From Trypanosoma brucei (Eukaryota), in the NCBI GenBank assembly GCA_000002445.1, contig CH464491.1:3360001-3424000 (forward strand): DNA of 64,000 bases, given 5' to 3'. Numbering within the stretch: position 1 is the first letter of the stretch; the number at the start of each line of letters is the position of its first letter. This document shows positions 20,618-30,450 of this stretch, piece after piece. The position numbers were made by a program, and so were the translations under genes. The notes under the pieces are model-generated. The model searched no databases. It saw only the letters and a list, made by a program, of their open reading frames with translations, and was not told where the DNA came from.

Positions 20618-22765
20618 CTACTTCCGCAGCAGCTGCCGTACATTGAGATGCTTCAGCACAAAAGCCTGTTGTATTGCGTTTTCTCGCAAGTACTTGTAGC
20701 GGTCACTTGCAGAAAAGTGTCCACTCTCCAGATCCATTTTCAGCAACACCTCATTGCTGTCTGTCTTGAGTTCACGGAGCTTTGACGCCCATTTCGCCGG
20801 TTCCCAATACGCGACGCGTGGGTCGTGCAATCCGGCCTGAATCATCAAATGAGGGTAATCCTGTGCACGCACGTTGTCAATTGGACTGTAGCTGTTCATG
20901 TAGTCAAAAAACTTGTACTCATTCGGATTCCCCCACTCCTCCCACTCGCCTGTCGTAAGAGGAATGCTTGGATCACACATGGTTGTCATTACGTCCACAA
21001 AAGGGACACCCGCGAGGGCGACGTGGAATAAATCTGGCCGCATATTCAACACGGCACCCACCAGCAATCCACCAGCACTTCTTCCCTCGCAAGAAAGCTG
21101 CGCGGGTGTTGTGAGACCAGAGGAAATAAGGTGCTCCGCGCATGCAATAAAGTCCATGAAGGTATTCCGTTTGGTCAAGTACTTTCCCCCAACTTCATAC
21201 CACGTACGACCCATCTCACCGCCGCCTCGCACGTGCGCAATAGCATATATCATACCCCGATCAACATACGGCAGGAACCGTGAGTTAAACTCAGGCTCAA
21301 TGCAAATGCCGTAGGAACCGTATCCATAGAGCATGGTGGGGTTGGGCTTCTTCAAATCGATACTGGTATCGTATACGAGCGAGATGGGAACTTTTGTTCC
21401 GTCAGGAGCTGTAGCCAACTCCCTCCGACAAACGTAATTCTTCGATTGAAAGCCGCCCCCCACCTTACGCGCCTTCACAACCTTGCGTTCTCCGCTCAGT
21501 ACGTCCTCGTCGTACCATACAGTGGGGGTTGTCATGGATGAATACCTCAGGCGCAGCAGTGACGCATCGTATGTCTTCATTTGAGAACAAACCACATGGG
21601 CAGTGAAAACAGGCTCATCGAAGTGCAGCTCCTTCAGCGTTGCAGAGCTGAAAAGGCTGTCAGGCCCGAGCCTGACCGTCCATACGCGCGTCAAACCATC
21701 GCGGCGGCCGGATAGAACTGCAAATTTGGCGAATACGGCGACATCATCAATAGTTACCTTGTCGTCATGGGGTATTAGTACGGTCCCCCAATCTGTGGGT
21801 GCACTCCGCTTGGTCAATACAACCTTACCATTTACGCACTTGTCTTTATTTGTCAGCACTATCAGTGTGTCCGTGCCGTGCATCTCCACAGTGTAGCGAA
21901 CCCCCTTCTCACGGGGTCGTACCATCTCGAGTGTGTTGTGCTTAACACCCTTGCGCAGATCCAACAGAAGTGACTCCGAAGTTTCTGATGACATAGAGCA
22001 AATGATCAGCGTCTTGCCGTCACCCGACTTCCCCACACCCACCGAGAAGAGTGGATCGTCGTCGGTGTAGAGGCATACATCTTCACTTTGCGGTTGGCCA
22101 ATAATGTGACGCCATACCTTGTTGTCACGCTTGGAAGCATCTTTCGTAATGTAAAAGAAGCATTCGGCATTGGGCCCCCACACAACACTTCCGTTTGTGC
22201 CTTCAACCTTGTCCGCCACCACGTCCCGTACGAAACGGATGCTGTACACCTCATCCCCGCAGTAATCAACGGAGTATGCTACAAGCGCATGTTCTGGTGG
22301 GGCGGGCGCCACGCAACCCACGACACAAAAAGATTTGCCCTCGGCGAGCTTATTTTCGTCCAGTACAATCTCCTCATCCTCACCCTCACCCGGCGTCTTC
22401 CCGGCCGGTACGCGACAATGAAGCTTGTACGACAACCCCTTTACATCACGCGTGTAGTACAAGAAGCGGTCGTAGACGTAGGGGGCCGACATGTCCGTTT
22501 CCTCAATGTGTGAAATGTGCTCTTGGTAAATGGTTTCCGCCAGGTCTTTAATATCGACCGCGCGCTTCTCGTAATAATCCTTCTCCAAGTGGAGGTGGGC
22601 GAGGACTTCGGGATCGGCACGGTTATCATCGCGAAGCCAAAAGAGTGGGTCGACCTTGCGGCGGGGCGGGTCCATTGGGTTGGCGCCGCGGTCCTCGCCC
22701 TCAACTTTGCCAAAAACCACCTCGTGGGGCCGATGTGCGGCGATTGGACCACGTTCAGTTTGCAT
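20618..22765 (-). CDS. OPB: Oligopeptidase B (S9A prolyl-oligopeptidase family serine peptidase), 715 aa
   Basis: N-terminal beta-propeller followed by a C-terminal alpha/beta-hydrolase domain with GRSAGGLL (the nucleophile Ser motif) and the downstream Asp/His region. The track start is a TTG. The ATG giving MQTERGPIAAHRP... is at 22765. Length and N-terminus match trypanosome OPB as I recall it. Confidence 0.9.
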   Translation of the reverse strand: MQTERGPIAAHRPHEVVFGKVEGEDRGANPMDPPRRKVDPLFWLRDDNRADPEVLAHLHLEKDYYEKRAVDIKDLAETIYQEHISHIEETDMSAPYVYDRFLYYTRDVKGLSYKLHCRVPAGKTPGEGEDEEIVLDENKLAEGKSFCVVGCVAPAPPEHALVAYSVDYCGDEVYSIRFVRDVVADKVEGTNGSVVWGPNAECFFYITKDASKRDNKVWRHIIGQPQSEDVCLYTDDDPLFSVGVGKSGDGKTLIICSMSSETSESLLLDLRKGVKHNTLEMVRPREKGVRYTVEMHGTDTLIVLTNKDKCVNGKVVLTKRSAPTDWGTVLIPHDDKVTIDDVAVFAKFAVLSGRRDGLTRVWTVRLGPDSLFSSATLKELHFDEPVFTAHVVCSQMKTYDASLLRLRYSSMTTPTVWYDEDVLSGERKVVKARKVGGGFQSKNYVCRRELATAPDGTKVPISLVYDTSIDLKKPNPTMLYGYGSYGICIEPEFNSRFLPYVDRGMIYAIAHVRGGGEMGRTWYEVGGKYLTKRNTFMDFIACAEHLISSGLTTPAQLSCEGRSAGGLLVGAVLNMRPDLFHVALAGVPFVDVMTTMCDPSIPLTTGEWEEWGNPNEYKFFDYMNSYSPIDNVRAQDYPHLMIQAGLHDPRVAYWEPAKWASKLRELKTDSNEVLLKMDLESGHFSASDRYKYLRENAIQQAFVLKHLNVRQLLRK

Positions 22766-22930
22766 GATTGCGATGGAAAGTGCCTCCGAGTGTGCAAGTG
22801 TATACAATTGTGTTGAGGGAGCCCAGCAATCGGATGATAATAGTTATTTCCTTTCCTTTTAATTATGTCGTTATTTTGCTTCCTCACGCACAGTGATATT
22901 CCTTCCTTGTTCCTTCGTTCCTCCGTTTTA

Positions 22931-22958
22931 CAGGGTGTAGGGTGAAAGGGAAAGAAAC
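22931..22958 (-). promoter_or_regulatory. Polypyrimidine tract (minus sense) with downstream AG sites: candidate trans-splice acceptor signal for OPB
   Basis: The plus strand reads agggtgtagggtgaaagggaaagaaa, which is tttctttccctttcaccct on the coding strand. It lies ~170-190 nt upstream of the OPB ATG. Confidence 0.35.
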
Positions 22959-23613
22959 TTGATAAATTTTGCTGTAGGTTTACAGCGATCATAACCTCCA
23001 CCACTGCCCTTTTAAAAAAGAAATATTTAGACTCTTCAGCCGTCCTTCCCCTGTGATAAGCTTCTCTTCCACCAAAAAGCACACACAAACATATGTGAGC
23101 ATACCTCCTCGTAAATACATGGGTAAATAACACCACAAACGTCAACAAAAAGCTTTGAGGTAAGGGATGCTCCTGAGATAACACGGTCTCATTATCAATG
23201 GGTGATAAGGCACTGAGATATAAGAAGTGATGGAGCCATGAAGCCATAATCCATCGGAAAGACCAAATCAGCGCCCAATGGTGGCACACACCTCGTCCTG
23301 TGAATTCTTCACACACCTTCCCTACCCCCCCCTTTTTTCTCACTCTTTTTAACATTGCATCCACTTCCCACACCTCGCGTTGCAAGCGTTTAGTGCGGCT
23401 TGTGTAGTATACGTCTCCCAACCCACCAACAGACCGTAAGCTACCCTAAAATCCCCATGTAACCGTCCGAGCGAACGGATGTACACGTTGACAGCTCGCC
23501 AGAAGCAAGTGAGACTCCTCTACAAACATGTAATGTACACACCCAATCTAACCCATTTAGAGCTACACCAAGGTAAAAGCTAGGGGCAAATAAACAGAAA
23601 AATGGGCATTCTT

Positions 23614-24321
23614 CTAGTTCTTACGGCGCGTAACATGGTCGTATATTGTCACCTGCACGTATTCGGGGCTGTGAATGACCAGTCGGTTGCTGTTGTCTCC
23701 GGGCGTGGGGGCGCGTGGGTCAACGTTGATGGTCTTCCTATCGCGCTTGTGCTTCATTAAGAGCCCAATCTCGTTATCGGCGAGAACCTGAAACGTCACA
23801 CTATTATTGAAAAACAGCGTGTGGGTCTTCCAGTTGTAATAGCTCAAATCTGTACGGCGGGGGGTGAGGCGCTTGCGGCGGTGGAAGTAGTCGGAGAAGT
23901 CCTCCGTTTTGAGCCGGTGGCCATAATCGATGTAGGCGGACACCTCCTGCCCCCGCACAACGTCACGAAGGAATATAATAGTTGATAACTTCCCTGCCCG
24001 CACCAACTCCTCCCGTCGGGCCAGTGCACTCAATAGCGGCGAGTCGTCAAACTGCAGACCAGCGCTGCAAACCACATCCACTTCCTCTTCCCACTTCGAC
24101 GGACCCTCGAGAACAATGAGGCGAGCTGCCTCAAACTCCTCGCGGCTGAGGAAGTTCTTCCCCTTGTAGCCCAACTCCACGATCTGCCGTGCCGCTTCCT
24201 GGTCGCCAAGATAAAAAAGGTCCTCCTGCGTCACCTGTTGGTCCAAGTACTCCTCGTACGTCGCGAAGTCTAGTACATTGCGATCAAAGAAGTCGTTTTC
24301 AGCTGGAGCTGCGTTGCTCAT
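23614..24321 (-). CDS. Conserved hypothetical protein, ~235 aa (possibly a small flagellar/ciliary-type conserved protein)
   Basis: The ORF-track start at 24603 is a GTG and the N-terminal 94 aa look like translated UTR (K-run). The ATG at 24321 (MSNAAPAENDFF...) is preceded by a short C-tract plus AG dinucleotides on the coding strand. The family assignment is only a weak recollection. Confidence 0.5.
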   Translation of the reverse strand: MSNAAPAENDFFDRNVLDFATYEEYLDQQVTQEDLFYLGDQEAARQIVELGYKGKNFLSREEFEAARLIVLEGPSKWEEEVDVVCSAGLQFDDSPLLSALARREELVRAGKLSTIIFLRDVVRGQEVSAYIDYGHRLKTEDFSDYFHRRKRLTPRRTDLSYYNWKTHTLFFNNSVTFQVLADNEIGLLMKHKRDRKTINVDPRAPTPGDNSNRLVIHSPEYVQVTIYDHVTRRKN

Positions 24322-25350
24322 TGCTAAACTATTTAAGCAAGACTTCAAAGAGTAATTTGGGGGGAAAAGTGAATCGTTTTTCTTTTTTTTTTTTAGCATT
24401 CTAAGGACGTATGTGCCGTAACCCCCCCCCCTCTTTCTTAACCTCCCAAACTCGTCTACCACTCCCCTCATGTGCGTATCTGTGTGCGCGCGCCTGATCA
24501 AAAAGTCTGCAAGTACTCGCATTGAGCGAGTAAATACAAGCACTAGCTGATGGAAAATAATAGTGGGAAGAATAAGTGAAATGAACCGGGGATACGGCAC
24601 CACCGGGTGGTAGACAATGCAAAAGGGAAATTAGAATCGAACCAACGATACCACAAAATGGCGTGTACGCTAAGATATATTTCTTTCCTTGTCATGCCAT
24701 GCCATGTACAAAATACAAGTCGTATCTATAAACTCTATCCTTCATAGTCTCCTCTCCTAACAACGCCCCTAGGCAGAGATTATGACTTCACCCCTTCACC
24801 AACACACACACACTAATCCTGTTCTCTGATTCTCTGACGACCGCCCACACTTAAGGAAACGTACGATATATTATTGGATGTATCGGGGTATGTATTTATC
24901 CACCTGTGACTACGCGCGTGCGCCCCCTCCTACGCCTAACGCAGGGCAACTACCACACGTGTGTTATTGTTATATAGTGCCACATACACACACACATCTC
25001 CCATGCAACTTTAAAAAAAAAAAAAAACAATGCCCAAGCACTCAAGTTTTGGAGAGCATGTAACAATAGCGGCCCTAAAAAGAGGGAGACACCAAAAACG
25101 CCATCACTTCCCCTTTCAGAAGCCGTTTTGTAAACCTCAGGCGCGCTAGGCCTCCTCCAGCGGAGGCGGCATTTCATTTACTTCATGGCGCGGAGCCAAC
25201 AACAACAATATTATTACACGCGGCACTGTGGAATAGACACGCACTCAAAAGGAAGAAAAGAGGTAGCGAAGGGAGGGAAACGTCTCCCTGCAACTGCGGT
25301 CCCCTGTTATCCCTCCAGAAACTACCGTATCCCTTTCCCGCTCCACCCTT

Positions 25351-25400
25351 CCCCCCCCCCCCACACACACACACAACAAAACAAAACAAAACAAAAAGGG
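25351..25400. repeat. Low-complexity block: C12, then (CA)n, then (CAAAA)n, in a 1.7-kb intergenic region
   Basis: The run ccccccccccccacacacacacacaacaaaacaaaacaaaacaaaaa is directly visible. Confidence 0.9.
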
Positions 25401-26058
25401 AAAGCAGACCCGAAAAGAGAAAGAAGAGGGCTTCGACCAGTCCAACCTGACAGGTAGTGAAGTACAAATCACAAGAAAGTGATGAGTACGCCACCTCAGC
25501 ACGTGTACAATCCGTTTCCCTCTTCTTTCTACTTATCTGTAGCATGCGGTAACAACTCACTGCACGCGTGCAAATTTGCCTACAGCTAAACAACCCGAAG
25601 CAGTGGCCGCATCCTTCAACGACCACACGCATAACGTCACCACTGGAACGCGCTGAAATAATAAATAAATCAAAGCGAAGGACGGCCCCGATCCACCCAC
25701 CTTATGGAGCGCGGAACCGCGCAACCGGGCGGAAGCGGAACTTGAAGAAAGAGGGAAGGTAAAGAAGGAAACGATATATCGTGCGATGTCGCGTGGTGTA
25801 AAAACGACGGGAAGAGGTTAGGCAAAAGATAGGGAGATAACGCGAAATTTTATTCTCACAAAGTAAGTTAATAAATAACAACGGCAACTACATATATATA
25901 TATTAAACCAGTTAATTAACCAAACTCCCCATCAGGTGCATAAAACTGGCTAATAAATAAACACAAATTTTTCGATTCCTCCTCAACCATCATCAAACAC
26001 CACATACACAAACACGCACCCGATCCCCCATCGGCCGCAAGGTTGGTGTGGGTAATTC

Positions 26059-26082
26059 CACACACACACACACACACACACA
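26059..26082. repeat. (CA)12 microsatellite
   Basis: A cacacacacacacacacacacaca run is directly visible. Confidence 0.9.
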
Positions 26083-26309
26083 TCCTCTAATGATGGCACC
26101 AGTGACATAACTTCCACTAAAGGAAAGCAGTCCACGGAGGAAAACCCCCTGTTACTCTCATAGATCGCAACCCTCCACAACAAAATACATTATTCTCCTC
26201 CCTCAACAGTGAACAAACCTTCTTCGTCAATTCACCCTTGGCACCTGGACGTTTCTATAAAAAAAAAAAAATACACACACCCGATCTGATGCCTTGGTGT
26301 CAAGCCCCA

Positions 26310-28517
26310 CTAAACAATGCCTGCAATGCGCTTGTAGAGCCGGGGAAGCCACCACCACATTCCAACTAGAAGCTGCAATGCCAAAGCCACAGAGCTAAAA
26401 ACTAACACAACAAACATCACTGCCCACCCGCGTCTGTCCGCGGTACCGTCACCAGAGTCATTGCCGTTACCACGGACAGCTGCTAGCCACGCGGTGAGCC
26501 CCAGTATTAGTGCTACGCAACTCGAACAAACGGCAGTCACTAGAAGCACAGGAAGCACAGTTGTGAACAGAGCAGCGGTGGGTCTGACAGTGGCCTTCCC
26601 AAAGTTGTCCCGAACCACAGTGCGGCTCAGAAAGACAGCTCCCAATGACCGTAGCAAACCCCCCACCGCGATGGCGAATGAAAACGCACAGACAGCGGCA
26701 AGGGTGGCTGTGAGTTGTTTACCGTCAAAAAAAAATGCGACTATTAGTACCATAGCAGCAGTGGCAGGCCCGAGTTCCACAAAACGTACAAATGGGCCCA
26801 TACTTGGCACAAGACACAGCAACAACAGTGCTAACGTTGACAGGAGCAACACCACAACAGGACTGATCGCAATACCGTTAGGCCAATTTCCGCTGCCATC
26901 GACAACTGGGATGTCAGTCGCTTTGAAGTGGAGACTATCTAACACCGGCAGCGTCACTAACTCAGAGTCCACAGTAAGAAGAGATACCACTGCGACAAGG
27001 CACCCACAAGCCACACTGCGGATAAAGAACGACGGATCAAGACGCCCCAAACACGAAAGGAAGTTTGTGACATAATGAGATTTACCGCACGAACATGGTC
27101 CAGGCTGCAACATGGATGGAGGTAGTAGTAAGCAAATGCCGATAGCAAGGGAAAATGACACCAATGCGAGAACGGTATGTATGATAGCAGTATAACCCGC
27201 AGCAGCAGTAGTGGCAAATGCCGGAAGAACCCCAAAAGCCACCAGACGAGACATCAACCATGCTAGGCATACCGAGAGCGCTAGAAACGGAGGTCCAGCA
27301 ACATATCCCACATCAGCACAGGTAAACAGCAACAAAGATGCAAATGAACCAACGAAACTGGCTGCCTGAACAAGTTCTCGTACAACAAAAGAGGTAGTGA
27401 CATTCAAAAGGACACCATAAAGCAGACGGAAGTCGTCCACTACCAACATGGCTGTTGAAACGAGTAACACGACGTGAGGAACTTCCCACACACCACGAAA
27501 ACAAAACACAACTAACAGCGAAGAAACTGCGATTGCATGAAACGACATGAGCTTCAGCATCATGCACTTCCCACCTAAAAGATTATCCACAAACGGATTC
27601 GTCTTAAAAACATTGTATGATTCATGGTGTAACATTAGCATGCTGATAATAAAAACGGCAAACACATGCACCACTGCACGCCTCAATCCAAATGAAGAAT
27701 TCGATTCAGAAACCAAAGCTTCGGGGACAAAAACATCGCTTGGACTACCCTGAATCAAATGAACCTCACTGCCACAAAACAAGCACCTAAACACATCACC
27801 ATCAACGAAGACGGGAAATTCCTCACTACAGTAAGAATCCCATCTGCCAGCAGCGACAAGTGGTTCGTCAACAAAACGTTCTGCAGTAACGCTATGCAAT
27901 CCATCGAGAGTACCGTAGGTCCTTTCCAATATCGAACTATCACCGTTCCCACCGAAAGGCCCTCTTCCTGCACCCAACAGCGGTTCTTGATCACCACAGT
28001 CAGCAACACAGCGGTCTCCTGTCGCCACTAATTTAGAAGAACGTAGACCACTAACAGACCTACGCACATCAGTTACCGCACTGACAACTCCAACACACCC
28101 ACAATGAAAACTATCAACCTTTTCCTTAAGCGGCACATCTCGATCCACCCCAACACAAACAGATGGCTGCATCGACAAAACTCCGTATTCAATCTCTTTA
28201 CTACCGCTTGAAAATGTACCCGCAGTAGTGAAGCGGGACATACTATGCGATGAAGAGCGTGCTGAAAATATTGTTGCGCCCCTTCGGAAATCCCTTCCAG
28301 TAGAGTGCCGTGCTAAATACTCCTCATTTTCAATCACCGCTCTACTGGTAGTTTCAGTCTTCACAAATAAATTCACACAAGAAACAGACACAACGTCATC
28401 ATCGCTATCCATCAAAATATCTCGAACGTGCTCCACAAGACTCGCACCGTCACTTGCAGCAAGGCCGTGGTCCGACCCATCTACCTCTTGGCTGCCGAAC
28501 CACGTTTTACTCTCCAT
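26310..28517 (-). CDS. Polytopic membrane protein (~735 aa): ~250-aa soluble N-terminal region followed by ~10-12 predicted TM helices, possible transporter
   Basis: The ATG is at 28517 (the track start at 28520 is a GTG). Long hydrophobic helices run from residue ~290 to the C-terminus. The first ~100 aa are shared with the chimeric gene at 29194-32949. Confidence 0.7.
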   Translation of the reverse strand: MESKTWFGSQEVDGSDHGLAASDGASLVEHVRDILMDSDDDVVSVSCVNLFVKTETTSRAVIENEEYLARHSTGRDFRRGATIFSARSSSHSMSRFTTAGTFSSGSKEIEYGVLSMQPSVCVGVDRDVPLKEKVDSFHCGCVGVVSAVTDVRRSVSGLRSSKLVATGDRCVADCGDQEPLLGAGRGPFGGNGDSSILERTYGTLDGLHSVTAERFVDEPLVAAGRWDSYCSEEFPVFVDGDVFRCLFCGSEVHLIQGSPSDVFVPEALVSESNSSFGLRRAVVHVFAVFIISMLMLHHESYNVFKTNPFVDNLLGGKCMMLKLMSFHAIAVSSLLVVFCFRGVWEVPHVVLLVSTAMLVVDDFRLLYGVLLNVTTSFVVRELVQAASFVGSFASLLLFTCADVGYVAGPPFLALSVCLAWLMSRLVAFGVLPAFATTAAAGYTAIIHTVLALVSFSLAIGICLLLPPSMLQPGPCSCGKSHYVTNFLSCLGRLDPSFFIRSVACGCLVAVVSLLTVDSELVTLPVLDSLHFKATDIPVVDGSGNWPNGIAISPVVVLLLSTLALLLLCLVPSMGPFVRFVELGPATAAMVLIVAFFFDGKQLTATLAAVCAFSFAIAVGGLLRSLGAVFLSRTVVRDNFGKATVRPTAALFTTVLPVLLVTAVCSSCVALILGLTAWLAAVRGNGNDSGDGTADRRGWAVMFVVLVFSSVALALQLLVGMWWWLPRLYKRIAGIV

Positions 28518-30450
28518 CACCTCACCGGAAATTCAACCACTGATGTTGATATTGACTCGGAGAGGTCAGCACACAGCTATTACCGGTGCCTTCTTATCCT
28601 TTCCTATCCAGAACCCAAAACGCCCCCACCTCTTTTTCACTAATCCTTGCTCGTTACTATGACTACGCTGCACAAAGAAATACCGTTTGCAAGCCTGACA
28701 AATGGGGAAAAGGGCTACAGAGTGGAGCACTACAGTGGAAAATACGTGTGCGGTATAAGCACACAGCGACAGGAAGACACAACAGCCTCGGTCAGTTCGT
28801 TACAAACCCCAGAAGCTCAGAGATGCGGTACCTTCATACCCAACAGGTATGCACAAGGCAGCAACATACAGAAACGAGTTGAAGAAAGGAAAAAAGGAAA
28901 AAAGGAAAAAAGTAAGCAAACAATTACATACTTGGGAAGTGCTATGCCTCTTCAAAATACAGAAACGTGCTCGGCGCACCACCAATATCATATTAGACAA
29001 GAATGCCGTGCAGCGCCGGCCGCAACGCTCCAAATCACTTTAACGTCCACACAACGAAATACCGGAATGACGCTGAAAATGGTAGTAGCGCTTGGAGCGA
29101 AGCGCCCACCTACGCTATTTCCCGAAAACAAGCACAAATACAGGCAGTAATCTGCAATAGCTCAATGAAGGCGGTAAAGCACATGAGATACAGCTAACGG
29201 AGTTCGTAACGGCCAAACATAATCGATCCAACAGCAAGGACGAGCATCCCCACCGCAGAGGCTGAGAACGCAGCAGCCTCCTTCCACTCGGATATACCTC
29301 CCTCCTGCACGTACGCTGCAGCAACAGCGGGAGAGCAGCGCTGCAGCGCAGCAAGCATTGCCTCATGCCGATTCTGGCGCTGCTTGTGCATGTCGTCCAA
29401 AAGTTTCCGCACGTTGAATAACATTAAACGCACCCTGTCTTGCATCTGTTGAAGAAGGTCATTCGGGGCGGAAACTCCACTCGACAGGACCCGTGACTCA
29501 CCCGAACCTTCGCAGTGCTCGTGGCGCGGTGACACCATCAAACAATCCAGCTCCTCCCCGACCGCGTCGATTCGGGCTTGCAGTAAACGAAGATTCTCAT
29601 CTTGCCGTTTCCATGTCCCCTCAGCCCTCATTACACGGCGCTTATAATCACTTGCAGCAGCCTGCAGCTCTGTGCGCGCCCCATAGTTATCCCCTGAGTC
29701 GCTGTGCCTCTCAGCTAGTTGCATCACACGCTTGAAATGCCGAGCCTCCTTTATGCACGGAGCGATCTGTGAAACAACCTTGCCACAGCGCTGAATATCC
29801 CTTTCGATTGCCTTAATCTTCCTCAGTAGCAGCACGATTGGAGCACCCAGCGATTGCAGAGCAGAGATGTTATAGCTTTCCGCATTCTCCCCGGCACCCT
29901 CATCCGAGTTCGTTGTATGACAAAATTCACCATCCACCGCACGTTTGCTCCGTCTCCTCCGCTGGGAGGGTCGGTCATGAAGAACAGTGCCAAGTTCAGA
30001 ATGTCCGTGAACAGCACAGTCAAACTCAAAATAATCTTCCGCCAGTCCGCTCTCAGCACCCACGACAGATGTATCATAGGAACTATCAAGGGCATCCTCC
30101 AAACTACATGACCCCTCACCTTCTGAAAAATTAGCAAGCTTTGCCTGCGCAAAATCAACGTCAACAGAACAAGATTTTTCGTTCGGGGAACATGTGAGCT
30201 TTACCACATTTTTCGAAATGTCCCTCCCTGCATTTATTTCATTCAACTGCTTCATTAGTACAGCGTTTTCTTCCTTGAGTTTTCCAAGTTCAGTATGAAA
30301 AGGGTCACTAAACTTGGCACCACCCTCCATTTCATTAAGGTTTTCAGGCGCCTCTTTCGAATAATGCTCCTCAGCAAGTTGCTTTTTCAGTTCCTTCTCC
30401 AGTGCTGCCTTAGAACCAGCCACATCACTCAGTTGCTTCCTCAGTTCCCT
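28196..30450 (-). repeat. Segmental duplication copy 1. It contains the 5' end of the membrane-protein gene, a 670-bp intergenic region, and the 3' domain of the coiled-coil repeat gene. It is duplicated at 32630-34890 (period 4434 bp).
   Basis: 28196-28360 equals 32630-32795. 28430-29190 equals 32870-33625. 29194-30400 equals 33629-34840. A short divergent patch lies at 28360-28430 versus 32795-32870. Confidence 0.85.

Noticed and set aside
22441-23421. 326-aa minus-strand ORF overlapping the OPB 5' end
   Set aside because: It overlaps the genuine OPB start codon region in another frame and runs through the polypyrimidine/UTR region. Its composition is junk-like (H/R/T-rich).
24625-24660. 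tRNA-like T-loop motif (ggttcgattc on the minus strand)
   Set aside because: The flanking bases cannot form a 5-bp T-stem or an acceptor stem, and no A-box/B-box-spaced cloverleaf could be built.
25183-25632. 149-aa minus-strand ORF in the long intergenic region
   Set aside because: The translation is dominated by the homopolymer and microsatellite tracts (GGGGKGGAGKG, CFVVCVCG). It is a chance ORF through low-complexity DNA.
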